Part shown: positions 6,894-15,028 of the stretch, in pieces
How the letters are laid out: the number at the start of each line of letters is the position of its first letter
How positions within the stretch are numbered: position 1 is the stretch's first letter
Assembly (NCBI GenBank): GCA_027623195.1
Contig: JAQBUT010000041.1
Coordinates: 1 to 17,407, forward strand
DNA: 17,407 nt
Direction of reading: 5' to 3'
From: Chloroflexota bacterium
GTDB taxonomy: Bacteria > Chloroflexota > Dehalococcoidia > Lucifugimonadales > JADFKI01
Made by a program: the position numbers and the translations under genes
Notes under the pieces: model-generated
What the model was told of the DNA's origin: nothing
The model's input: the letters and a program-made list of their open reading frames with translations, nothing else
The model's database searches: none

Positions 6894-8003
6894 TTACTGC
6901 TCCCTGAACCGCCGAGGGCTGAAGTGTTCCAGTAACTCCGGTTTTTCTCCCGTGATCAGGTCAGCAATCAGTTTGCCAGTGATTGGACTAAGGAGTACGC
7001 CATTTCGGAAGTGTCCAGTGGCAACCAGAAGACCGTCCCAACCGGGAACCGGACCCAACATAGGGGCATCGTCTGGGGAACCCGGCCGCAGTCCGGCCAA
7101 GGCCCAGTTGAGCTTGGCGTCACGCAAAGAAGGAATCAGGCTGGTGACAACGTTGAGAATGTCCTGAACCGCTCCGCCTGTTACCCGGCAATCAAAACCT
7201 GCCTCCTCCACTGTGGCCCCAGCAATGACTGACCCATCAGCCCTGGGCACAAGCAGGCCCCACGAGCCGTGGACGATGCTACGAATGCTGCGACCTACCG
7301 GCTGAAGATTCAGGTTGAGGCCTCTTACTGGTCTCACTGGAATATCCCCGCCTACGCTTTCGGCCAACGCACGAGTCCAAGGCCCGGCAGCCATAATGAT
7401 ATGATCGGCGTAAATCTCATCCTCGGGCAGCCTAACGCCGGTGATTGTCAGGCCGCTACGGACCAGACCAACAACCTCAGTGCCAGGCAATATGCGGGCA
7501 CCTTGCCACTCGGCTGAACGCGCAAATGCCAGACTTAGCCGCTGGTTATTGACGCGACAGACCTCCGGCATATAGAAGCCCCCAAGAATATCGGGTCCCG
7601 CCTCAGGCTCATAATCGTGCAACGAGTCGAAGTCCATCCACCGAGCGTTGCCTCCGGCCTCCGACACCTGCCTGCCCAGAACCTGGTATTCGTTGGCCTC
7701 ATCCTCTGTCATGGCCAGGCCCAGCTCGCCGCACCGCGAAAACTCGATGTCCACGCCGCAGGTCTCTTGTAGCTCGGGGCCAAGCTCCTGGAACATGCGA
7801 AGGCTCTCTACCGACAAGCGGGAATACGGATCGCGTTCCCTTAAGAGGGGGGAAGAAAGAACTCCAGAAGCAGCGTTGGAGGCCTCCATGCCAATTTGTC
7901 CGCGCTCCACAAGCGTGACCTTAACCCCGGCCTTGGAAAGATAATACGCTATGGAGGCGCCAATGACGCCGCCGCCTATAACAATTGCATCAGAGTTGCT
8001 CAT
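6894..8003 (-). CDS. thiO: Glycine oxidase ThiO-like FAD-dependent oxidoreductase (DAO family)
   Basis: Motifs VIGGGVIG, EASNAASGVL, PVRPVRG, LVPRADG..GATVEEAGFD, AGLRPGSPD and ATGHFRNGVLLSPITG. Start ATG 8003 (alternative TTG 8015). Confidence 0.85.
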   Translation of the reverse strand: MSNSDAIVIGGGVIGASIAYYLSKAGVKVTLVERGQIGMEASNAASGVLSSPLLRERDPYSRLSVESLRMFQELGPELQETCGVDIEFSRCGELGLAMTEDEANEYQVLGRQVSEAGGNARWMDFDSLHDYEPEAGPDILGGFYMPEVCRVNNQRLSLAFARSAEWQGARILPGTEVVGLVRSGLTITGVRLPEDEIYADHIIMAAGPWTRALAESVGGDIPVRPVRGLNLNLQPVGRSIRSIVHGSWGLLVPRADGSVIAGATVEEAGFDCRVTGGAVQDILNVVTSLIPSLRDAKLNWALAGLRPGSPDDAPMLGPVPGWDGLLVATGHFRNGVLLSPITGKLIADLITGEKPELLEHFSPRRFREQ

Positions 8004-8156
8004 ATATATCCGCAAACACCGTTATGAATCTTTCCTAGCTTGAGGTAGAGCAGACAATTCGGCAAACACCTTGGGCGGCTCGCCTTGTATGGAAAAAGCG
8101 TCAAAGCCTCTTAAGATGGACAGATGACAGACTCCGGCCTGAGTCGCCGCCAAGAA

Positions 8157-8591
8157 TTACATTTCGTGGTAGCGCCAAAGTCGGAAACCGTAGTAGATGG
8201 CGCCAAAGAGCGTGCTGAGAAGGGCGGCCCCGGTTATAAACGTCCAAAAAGCGGGAGACCTGGCATCACCAGAGAAGGCGAACCGTACGTTACGAACCCC
8301 ATCCGGATAGGCCGCCTCCCCGTACCATAATCCCAACCAGGAACCCAGGATGGCTCCTGAAAAAGCAACAATCAGGCCCACGAATATGATTTGATAGCGG
8401 GTCTCAGGTTTTAGCCATGAAATAAATGCGGCCGTTCCTGCCCCGATACTCGTGCCCCAGACGAACCACTCGATTTCCACAGCTGCGCTATGACCCGTTG
8501 CCCCCGCAACTACAAATCCTGCGAAGCCAATAATCATCGCAAATATAAATGAAAGGCCGCCCCTCAAGCCCATCGCCATGAAAAAAGCCAA
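8157..8591 (-). CDS. Hypothetical integral membrane protein (about 4 TM, Gly/Ala-rich)
   Basis: TTG start preceded by AGGAG, four hydrophobic segments, no family recognised. Confidence 0.8.
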   Translation of the reverse strand: MAFFMAMGLRGGLSFIFAMIIGFAGFVVAGATGHSAAVEIEWFVWGTSIGAGTAAFISWLKPETRYQIIFVGLIVAFSGAILGSWLGLWYGEAAYPDGVRNVRFAFSGDARSPAFWTFITGAALLSTLFGAIYYGFRLWRYHEM

Positions 8592-8700
8592 CTACAACTC
8601 CTAATAGCATTTATGCGGATTTAGTATTTCCCAAATTATAGGGCATCCGAAGACGGAACTGTTATATCCAGGACTTTGCCACATGCCTTTCAGTTGAAGC

Positions 8701-8737
8701 AAAGAGGGGGGCCAAGCTCAATCGCTTGGCCCCCCTC
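8701..8737 (-). terminator. Intrinsic terminator downstream of the aldolase gene
   Basis: Perfect 14-bp stem GAGGGGGGCCAAGC (8704-8717) / GCTTGGCCCCCCTC (8724-8737) with a 6-nt loop, followed by TTT on the minus strand. Confidence 0.8.
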
Positions 8738-8771
8738 ATATTATCGGCAGACAGGTTTACGCCCTGGCTAT

Positions 8772-9680
8772 TTAATCATCCCCCTGCGCTACTGCCACCC
8801 TCGTGAGCCCCAATGCTTCAGCCCGTCGGAGTACCGTCGCACGCTGTTCGCTGCTGAGGGGCCGTCCTGGCGCCCTGGGATCCCCACAATCAATGCCAAG
8901 CCTCTCGCTAAGAATCACCTTGGCCGTCGGGTGCAGACCGAATTCACGAACCAGCATGGTAACCTCGCTGGCCTTATCCTGCGCAACCTCTGCGCGCTTA
9001 ATATCGCCAGCGTTGTAGGCGTTCCAAATCTCCAACCAAAGCTCAGGCGCGAAGTTGGGCGGACCATCAACACACCCGGTTGCTCCAATGGTGAGCGCGG
9101 GCAGCATCAGCAAACTGTTGCCTATAAAGCAGTCCAGCCCCATGTGTGCGAAGGCTCGCACGTTGGGGAACGTGGGCGCAGAATGCTTCAAGCCTTTTAG
9201 CTGAGGTACGGCGTCCTGTATTTTCTGCATAAGCTCTGGTGTGATCTCGACACCAGTGGATTGCGGCAGGTTGTAAACAAAGAGAGGCAGGTCCGCCGCA
9301 GCGGCAACAGCCCTGTAGTGCTCCACAATGGCCTCATCGGTCTGCCTATAGAAGAAAGGGGGCACGCAGCAAATAGCTTCAACACCGGCCCTCGCCGCAT
9401 TTTCGGCCAACGCCACAGCTCGTTCAGTGGTCGCCGCGCCCACGTGCATGATGTTCTTGATCCTACCGCGAGACTGGTCAGCCGCTATCTCGGCAATGCG
9501 CATGTTTTCCTCATCGTCCAACAGCACGCTTTCGCCGGTGCCGCCGGCCACCCAGAAGCCGTGAACTCCCGCCTGGATGTTGAACTCCATGACCTCCCGA
9601 AAGGCCGCTTCGTTGAGCTTGCCTGTATCCCTACTCATAGGAGTAATTATCGCCGGAAACAGTCCTTCGAAATCCGCCAT
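8772..9680 (-). CDS. DHDPS/N-acetylneuraminate lyase family class I aldolase (not canonical DapA)
   Basis: Motifs GLFPAIITPM, GGTGES, VPPFFY, YNLPQSTG and Schiff-base Lys in GLKHS. Start revised to ATG 9680 with RBS GGGAGG (302 aa). Confidence 0.92.
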   Translation of the reverse strand: MADFEGLFPAIITPMSRDTGKLNEAAFREVMEFNIQAGVHGFWVAGGTGESVLLDDEENMRIAEIAADQSRGRIKNIMHVGAATTERAVALAENAARAGVEAICCVPPFFYRQTDEAIVEHYRAVAAAADLPLFVYNLPQSTGVEITPELMQKIQDAVPQLKGLKHSAPTFPNVRAFAHMGLDCFIGNSLLMLPALTIGATGCVDGPPNFAPELWLEIWNAYNAGDIKRAEVAQDKASEVTMLVREFGLHPTAKVILSERLGIDCGDPRAPGRPLSSEQRATVLRRAEALGLTRVAVAQGDD

Positions 9681-9740
9681 TGTCTTCCTCCCGTATGTAT
9701 TGTGATATACCAAACATTACGTATTGGTTCAGTTGGCGCC

Positions 9741-9749
9741 ATTCTATCA
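9741..9749 (-). promoter_or_regulatory. Extended -10 promoter candidate for the aldolase gene
   Basis: Minus strand reads TGaTAGAAT (TGn plus -10) about 60 bp upstream of the start. No recognisable -35. Confidence 0.4.
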
Positions 9750-10012
9750 CGAAGCCCCAATGGGAGCGCTCATCTGTAGGACGCGCGCTGGAATGCTTCG
9801 AAAATGCCAACCCGTGTCCTTAGTGACTTTTGGCTGTAATGGCTACGCAATTTATCAAAAAGAGAAGTTCGACGGGCTTGATAGCTTCGAATTAAGCCCT
9901 CACATGTGGATGTTATGTAAATTGAACTAAGCCCTGATTGAAAGCATGAAAAGCGGTTTTTAAATGGGCTTTCACGCGAATAACAGGCCGCGCCGCATTG
10001 CTCTGGAAGCTA

Positions 10013-10041
10013 TTGACTTGGCGTTGGCGTTATGTTAAAAC
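10013..10041 (+). promoter_or_regulatory. Sigma70-type promoter candidate for the SBP gene
   Basis: TTGACT (10013-10018), 17 bp ending in TGt, TAAAAC (10036-10041). Confidence 0.5.
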
Positions 10042-10097
10042 CTTGGAAACCTTTCGCAAACCGATATATCGGTAGAATCATAAGGAGGATGGACTCT

Positions 10098-11987
10098 ATG
10101 TGGCCTCGACGGTTAAACAAGAAGCTACTGATTGGCGTAGTTGCGGCGACCGCGCTGTTAGCAGCGATCGCCTGTAGCTCGGCTCCCACGGCATCACCCA
10201 GCGCACCGGCGGCCCCCGCGGCGCCGGCACCTGCACCCGCAGCGCCATCAGGAAGCGGCGCAGCGCCAGCAGCACCGGCCCCCGCAGCGCCGGCAGCACC
10301 CGGCGCTCCCGCACCTTCGACGGGTGGCAGCAGCATGTTCAATCCCCAGGGCACGCTGACGGCCGTCCACTTCGCAACGGACACCCCCAACGGACTTCCT
10401 CGCTTCTGCACGGCGGGTTGTGCTGAGACTGTTTACATGTCCGGCTCTACGGACACCTTATTCATCGCGAAGTTCCAGCCAGACGGCAGCATTGCCACCG
10501 AGCCCGATTTGGCACTGGGCTTCACGCTGGACCCCAGCCTGGAGTTCGGTGACTTCAAACTTCGTCAGGGCGTTCAGTTCCACAACGGTTGGGGCGAGAT
10601 GACGGCAAAAGACGTAGCGTTCTCCTATAACGACGCCAACTCCGTCACCAACCCTGAGAGCATTCACGGCCAGGCCGGTGACTTCGCTCCGTTGATCCTG
10701 TCCATGGAACCCTTGGACGACTACACCATTCGCTTGAACTACCGAAACTATGACAGCCGAGGCATCCTGCACCGGTTCAGCGCCTTCTGGCAGACGGCCG
10801 CTATCGTAAGCAGCGCAGTCTTTGAGTCCAGAGGCGTTGAAGGTATGCAGGACGACTACACGGGCGTTGGCGCGTTCGTCATCGACGAATGGGTCGACGA
10901 CAAGGGCTTCCAGATGCACGCTTTCGAGGACTACTGGGGAACCCCTGAGGGGTTAGGTCCCTTTGTAGAGAACTTCAGGATTCTTGAGATCAAAGAGGCT
11001 GCTTCCCGCCGAGCCATGTTGGAGACTGGAGAGGCTCAGATTGCCGACGTTCCTTTGAAGGACTTCCCTGAGTTGATTCAGTCTGGCTTCGCAGCCCAGA
11101 AAGACGCTGGCTTCAACACAATCGACAACTTCTCAATGACAGGCAACTACTGGGAGCAGTTCAGCGCCCTTAGCGGTGCACCGCTGGAGCGTGATCGAGA
11201 CACTAGCAAACCCTGGGTGGGCAACCCGTTCGAGAACGGCGAAGAGTTTGACGAGACTACCCCATCCATGGTCTCTTCCATGAAGGTGCGCAACGCATTA
11301 GCTTGGGCTATCGACCGCCAGGCGCTGCTGGATAGCGTGCTGGGAGGACTTGGTTTCGTTAACTCCCAGCCGTACCTGTCCGAAAACGACCCCAACTATA
11401 AAGTCGAATGGAATTGGGGCAAAGACTACGAATTGGCAAGATCGCTTATGGCCGAGGCAGGTTATGCTGACGGCTTCGAAATGGACTTCCACCTGCGTGA
11501 CCAGGCAGTCTGGCACGAGACCGGTGAGGCCTTGGCAGCTACCTGGCTGAGTGAGTTGAAGGTCAAGTCCAACCTGATTAAGGCCGCTTACAGCACGTAC
11601 AGGCCCGGTCTGGTTGCCCGCACGACCAACACCCCCGCATTCGCGGTATGCGGTGACGAGAACAAGGCTAACTTCCCGTTTGACTGGGCCCATGGCTTTG
11701 TTGTCAGCAGCATGAGCGCCGGTGGTTACGGCGTAGGCCAGGAAATTCCTTACGCCTCCAAGAGCTACCTCGGCATGGCCGGTGAGCCGGATAAGGCCAA
11801 GCGCGAGGCGCTGGCGTCCGAGTTCTACACCAACAACAAGAAGTTCGCCAACTGCATCGGTATCTTCGAGAGGCCGGTCTGGGTTCTATACGATCCAGAC
11901 AAGGTTATAGCATGGGATATGCGGCCCATGGCGAACGGTAACCTATCCGCCATGAACAACTTCCGCACGATCAAGCTGGCAAACTAA
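10098..11987 (+). CDS. ABC transporter substrate-binding lipoprotein, family 5 (DppA/OppA/NikA-like)
   Basis: Start revised to ATG 10098 after AAGGAGG (629 aa). Signal peptide with lipobox AIA-C (Cys codon 10173). Motifs FKLRQGVQFHNGWGEMTAKDVAFSY, KVRNALAWAIDRQAL and ARSLMAEAGYADGF. Confidence 0.92.
   Translation: MWPRRLNKKLLIGVVAATALLAAIACSSAPTASPSAPAAPAAPAPAPAAPSGSGAAPAAPAPAAPAAPGAPAPSTGGSSMFNPQGTLTAVHFATDTPNGLPRFCTAGCAETVYMSGSTDTLFIAKFQPDGSIATEPDLALGFTLDPSLEFGDFKLRQGVQFHNGWGEMTAKDVAFSYNDANSVTNPESIHGQAGDFAPLILSMEPLDDYTIRLNYRNYDSRGILHRFSAFWQTAAIVSSAVFESRGVEGMQDDYTGVGAFVIDEWVDDKGFQMHAFEDYWGTPEGLGPFVENFRILEIKEAASRRAMLETGEAQIADVPLKDFPELIQSGFAAQKDAGFNTIDNFSMTGNYWEQFSALSGAPLERDRDTSKPWVGNPFENGEEFDETTPSMVSSMKVRNALAWAIDRQALLDSVLGGLGFVNSQPYLSENDPNYKVEWNWGKDYELARSLMAEAGYADGFEMDFHLRDQAVWHETGEALAATWLSELKVKSNLIKAAYSTYRPGLVARTTNTPAFAVCGDENKANFPFDWAHGFVVSSMSAGGYGVGQEIPYASKSYLGMAGEPDKAKREALASEFYTNNKKFANCIGIFERPVWVLYDPDKVIAWDMRPMANGNLSAMNNFRTIKLAN
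10176..10330 (+). repeat. Low-complexity Pro/Ala coding repeat (APAAPAAPAP...) forming the lipoprotein tether
   Basis: Imperfect repeats of GCx-CCx codons. GCACCGGC(GGC)CCCCGC(G/A)GCGCCGGCA occurs twice. Confidence 0.8.
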
Positions 11988-12019
11988 GGCAACAGGCTTA
12001 ATTAGGCGGTTTCTATAAG

Positions 12020-12070
12020 AGAAGTGCCCCCCGGTGGGAGATTTACAATCCCTCATCGGAGGGCACTTCT
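12020..12070 (+). terminator. Long stem-loop after the SBP gene (terminator or mRNA-stabilising hairpin)
   Basis: AGAAGTGCCC/GGGCACTTCT perfect 10-bp base, extending to about 24 bp with 2 G-U pairs and 2 mismatches, 3-nt loop, no long U-tract. Confidence 0.7.
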
Positions 12071-12100
12071 GACGCAAAGGCGTTCGTGGGTGGCCCCACC

Positions 12101-12129
12101 TTGGCATGCGGCATTAAGGGGCGTATATT
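12101..12129 (+). promoter_or_regulatory. Sigma70-type promoter for the permease genes
   Basis: TTGGCA (12101-12106), 17 bp, TATATT (12124-12129), immediately after the hairpin. Confidence 0.6.
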
Positions 12130-12285
12130 ATCCAAACGCATATGCATCACAGTCCCTCCCAACCACGATTATCAGTGCAGATTGGGATTACGTCGTTGAT
12201 GATGAAGCCGCGGCCGGTGAGGCACGGTCTACATAGACACTAAACAAGATAGGCGCGGGGCACCCCAAGATCGAGGTTTAATGAT

Positions 12286-13242
12286 ATGGCAGTATTCCTC
12301 CTAAGGCGATTCGCTTTTTCAATTGTCGCGTTGATAGGGGCCACCTTGGTAACGTTCGGGCTTTCCCGAATGGCAGGCGACCCGCGATTTCTTTACGCCC
12401 AGGAGGGAGGCTACGGCATAACGCCGGAGCGCTGGGAATCCCTCGGTATCGAATTGGGCCTCAGCTGGAGCGACGGCACACCCAAGCCCGTCGTCTTCCA
12501 GTACGCCACGTGGCTGGGCAATATTGTCAAGGGTAACTGGCAGGACAGCCTACTGGACCGCAAGCCGGTGATCGACAAGATTAAGGAAAGATTCCCTCCT
12601 ACTCTCAAAGTAGGGCTCGCCTCTTACATATTCGCCAGCGTTATAGGTATCCCTCTTGGCGTCTTGTCGGCCGTAAAGCGCGCCTCATTTTGGGACTATC
12701 TGGGCCGGGGGTTCGCTCTGTTGGGGCAGGCCATGCCTGTCTTCTGGGTGGGCATCATGTTGATACTTGTATTCTCCGTGCAATTGCGATGGCTTCCTAC
12801 GGGGACATTAGGGGATAGCGGCAACAACCCCAAGTATTACGTAATGCCGACTATTACTCTTGGATGGATTGCGGCGGCGAGTTACTTACGTCTTGTTCGC
12901 TCGGCAATGTTGGAGGTTATGGACTCGGAGTACATCAAGCTGGCCAGGGCAAAGGGCGTCTCGAACTTTATGGTCATATGGAAGCACGGCTTTAAGAACG
13001 CCCTCATTGCGCCTTTAACGTTCTCGGCTCTCATCCTCACAGGCTTCATTACAGGCGCCGTTGTCACCGAGACCATCTTCTCGATTCCGGGACTGGGCCG
13101 CTTGGCATTCGAAGCCATCCAAAACAACGACTTCCCTGTGATGGTGGGAACAGTACTTGTGTTTACGTTCCTGTACGTTTTTATTAACTTCGTTACCGAT
13201 TTGCTGTATGCAGTAATTGACCCTCGAATCCGGTACGCATAG
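12286..13242 (+). CDS. Peptide/nickel ABC transporter permease, DppB/OppB-like
   Basis: Motifs FLLRR.., QYATWLGNIVKG, ERFPPT, MPVFWVG, EAA loop RSAMLEVMDSEYIKLARAKG, TETIFSIPGLGRL and DLLYAVIDPRIR. Confidence 0.95.
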   Translation: MAVFLLRRFAFSIVALIGATLVTFGLSRMAGDPRFLYAQEGGYGITPERWESLGIELGLSWSDGTPKPVVFQYATWLGNIVKGNWQDSLLDRKPVIDKIKERFPPTLKVGLASYIFASVIGIPLGVLSAVKRASFWDYLGRGFALLGQAMPVFWVGIMLILVFSVQLRWLPTGTLGDSGNNPKYYVMPTITLGWIAAASYLRLVRSAMLEVMDSEYIKLARAKGVSNFMVIWKHGFKNALIAPLTFSALILTGFITGAVVTETIFSIPGLGRLAFEAIQNNDFPVMVGTVLVFTFLYVFINFVTDLLYAVIDPRIRYA

Positions 13243-13253
13243 GTAGGAATGGA

Positions 13254-14336
13254 ATGGCAAATCTACAGACTACAGCCGATCTACTTGCGCAGGACATTTC
13301 AGGGGCAAACAGAGGCTTCCTGGCAAAGGCGTGGAACATATTCAGGCGTTGGCCGATAATACCTATTGTGGTCCTGAGTATCTTGGTGTTTACCGGTGTT
13401 TTCGCAGGTCTGATAGCGCCGCATAACCCCTATGTCGCCGACCCAGAAAATCGCAACATTCCGCCAATATGGTATCCTCCAATCGTGCTAAATGCTCAGG
13501 ATGCGAGCGATGCGCTGTCCTTCCCTGTGCCCGTAAACATGGGAATCGAGGACGCAGCTGCGGCGTATGGGGTCGATCCAACAGGACTGGACTCCGGTGA
13601 AAAGGTGCGAGAGGCCTTTCTGGAACAGGGATGGAAGGTAAGAGTCCAGTTCCCAACATGGGACCACATACTCGGCGGTGACCAGATTGGTCGAGACCTG
13701 CTTAGCCGCGTAATTCACGGCGCTCGAGTCTCCCTTATCGTAACCGCCATTTCTCTGACCAGCGGAATGCTGGTAGGCATCTCATTGGGTCTTGTGTCCG
13801 GCTACTATGGCGGCATGGTCGATGAAATAATCATGCGTATAACCGATATCTGGCTCGGACTTCCATTCATCCTCATAGCCATTGTTGCGGTTATTGCCCT
13901 TGGTCAAACCTTCGTCATACTGCTGATATTGTTGGCGTTGTTGGCGTGGCCGCCTTTCATACGTAATGTGCGCGGCGAGGTGCTGACACTCAAGACTCGA
14001 GATTACGTTGCCTTGGCAAAAGTTGCAGGCGCGTCTACCTTTCGAATTATGGTCTGGCACATCCTTCCCGGCGTGTTCAACACGGTTATCGTTATTGCCA
14101 CGCTGAGGGTTGGGCAGCTCATTCTCGCAGAGGCAATACTCAGCTTCCTGGGCGCGGGTATCCCGCCACCCACGCCAGCGTGGGGCGCCATGGTGGCGGA
14201 CGGCAGGACGTATCTTAACGATGCCTGGTGGATCGCGTTCTTCCCTGGTGTTGCCATTTTCTTGCTGGTAATGTCGCTCAACTTCCTGGGAGACTGGATG
14301 CGGGACCGGTTCGATCCAAGGCTGCGACAGCTTTAG
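13254..14336 (+). CDS. Peptide/nickel ABC transporter permease, DppC/OppC-like, with an enlarged first external loop
   Basis: Motifs HILGGDQIGRDLLSRVIHGARVSL, RGEVLTLKTRDYVALAKVAGAS, EAILSFLGAGIPPPTPAWG and NFLGDWMRDRFDPR. Confidence 0.95.
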   Translation: MANLQTTADLLAQDISGANRGFLAKAWNIFRRWPIIPIVVLSILVFTGVFAGLIAPHNPYVADPENRNIPPIWYPPIVLNAQDASDALSFPVPVNMGIEDAAAAYGVDPTGLDSGEKVREAFLEQGWKVRVQFPTWDHILGGDQIGRDLLSRVIHGARVSLIVTAISLTSGMLVGISLGLVSGYYGGMVDEIIMRITDIWLGLPFILIAIVAVIALGQTFVILLILLALLAWPPFIRNVRGEVLTLKTRDYVALAKVAGASTFRIMVWHILPGVFNTVIVIATLRVGQLILAEAILSFLGAGIPPPTPAWGAMVADGRTYLNDAWWIAFFPGVAIFLLVMSLNFLGDWMRDRFDPRLRQL

Positions 14337-14384
14337 CGCCTGCACAATTTGGTACCTAAGAAAAACTTTATAAGGGCAGCAAGA

Positions 14385-14906
14385 ATGTACGAAACAAAAT
14401 CCAGCAGGCTACTGGCATACCTTTGCATATTGCTAGTTGTGCTCATGCTGAGTGCGATGGCCTGTGGTGTGAAGTCTGGAAACAGAAGGGGGGCGCGCCC
14501 AACGCAGACGACCGAATTCCACCGCACACAGGTGGCGGTGTTCGAGCAGTTCCGTGTGGACGTAACCAACGACGACACGGGCTGCACTGCCGACCCCGCT
14601 GACATCAACGTCCAGCTTAGCCAGCGTGTTCGATTCGCCATTCAACTGGTTTCCGAAGGCGTCACTGGAGGAGCTGCCGGCACATCGGCACAGCTAACGG
14701 GCGAAAGCCAGACGGTGACCTACTCTGTTCCAGGGCTGGAGATGTCTGGGTCAGGAGGCGCATTCTCCGCAGGTGTAACAGCTTTGGAGTTGCAGCTAAG
14801 TTCCGGAAATCGGGCGAGCTACGATTTCAATGTCGCCAACGCTGGCACTTTCGACATTCTTTGTGACGGTGAGAAGATCGGCACATTAACCAGCACCGGA
14901 GGCTAA
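14385..14906 (+). CDS. Putative lipoprotein with a cupredoxin-like (EfeO N-terminal-type) domain
   Basis: Start revised to ATG 14385 (173 aa). Signal peptide with lipobox AMA-C (Cys27). The pattern VDVTNDDTGCTADPADINVQLSQRVRFAI...FNVANAGTFDILCDGEKIGTL resembles a cupredoxin strand order. The CDS is secure, while the fold is my pattern recognition only. Confidence 0.65.
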   Translation: MYETKSSRLLAYLCILLVVLMLSAMACGVKSGNRRGARPTQTTEFHRTQVAVFEQFRVDVTNDDTGCTADPADINVQLSQRVRFAIQLVSEGVTGGAAGTSAQLTGESQTVTYSVPGLEMSGSGGAFSAGVTALELQLSSGNRASYDFNVANAGTFDILCDGEKIGTLTSTGG

Positions 14907-14933
14907 CGCTCAAAACCTAAATAGCGGAATGAC

Positions 14934-14967
14934 AAAAGGCGGGCCTTATTGGCCCGCCTTTTTATTT
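14934..14967 (+). terminator. Intrinsic terminator (potentially bidirectional) ending the + strand unit
   Basis: AAAAGGCGGGCC-ttatt-GGCCCGCCTTTT followed by TATTT. Confidence 0.9.
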
Positions 14968-15028
14968 GGTGTCGATTGGATCCAGGCACCAATAATCGAC
15001 GAATGCCTATGCACCGAAATCAGCGGAC

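Noticed and set aside
8772..9680. Calling this gene dapA or nanA
   Set aside because: Diagnostic residues differ (GGTGE, no DapA Arg) and there are no dap or nan genes nearby.
8676..9779. Plus-strand ORFs of 174 and 172 aa
   Set aside because: Antisense to the aldolase gene. The first also runs through a terminator hairpin.
10010..10411. Gly/Ala-rich 133-aa minus-strand ORF
   Set aside because: Mirror of the Pro/Ala linker of the SBP.
12024..12236. 70-aa ORF between the SBP and permease genes
   Set aside because: Starts inside the stem-loop, spans the predicted promoter, and has no recognisable features.
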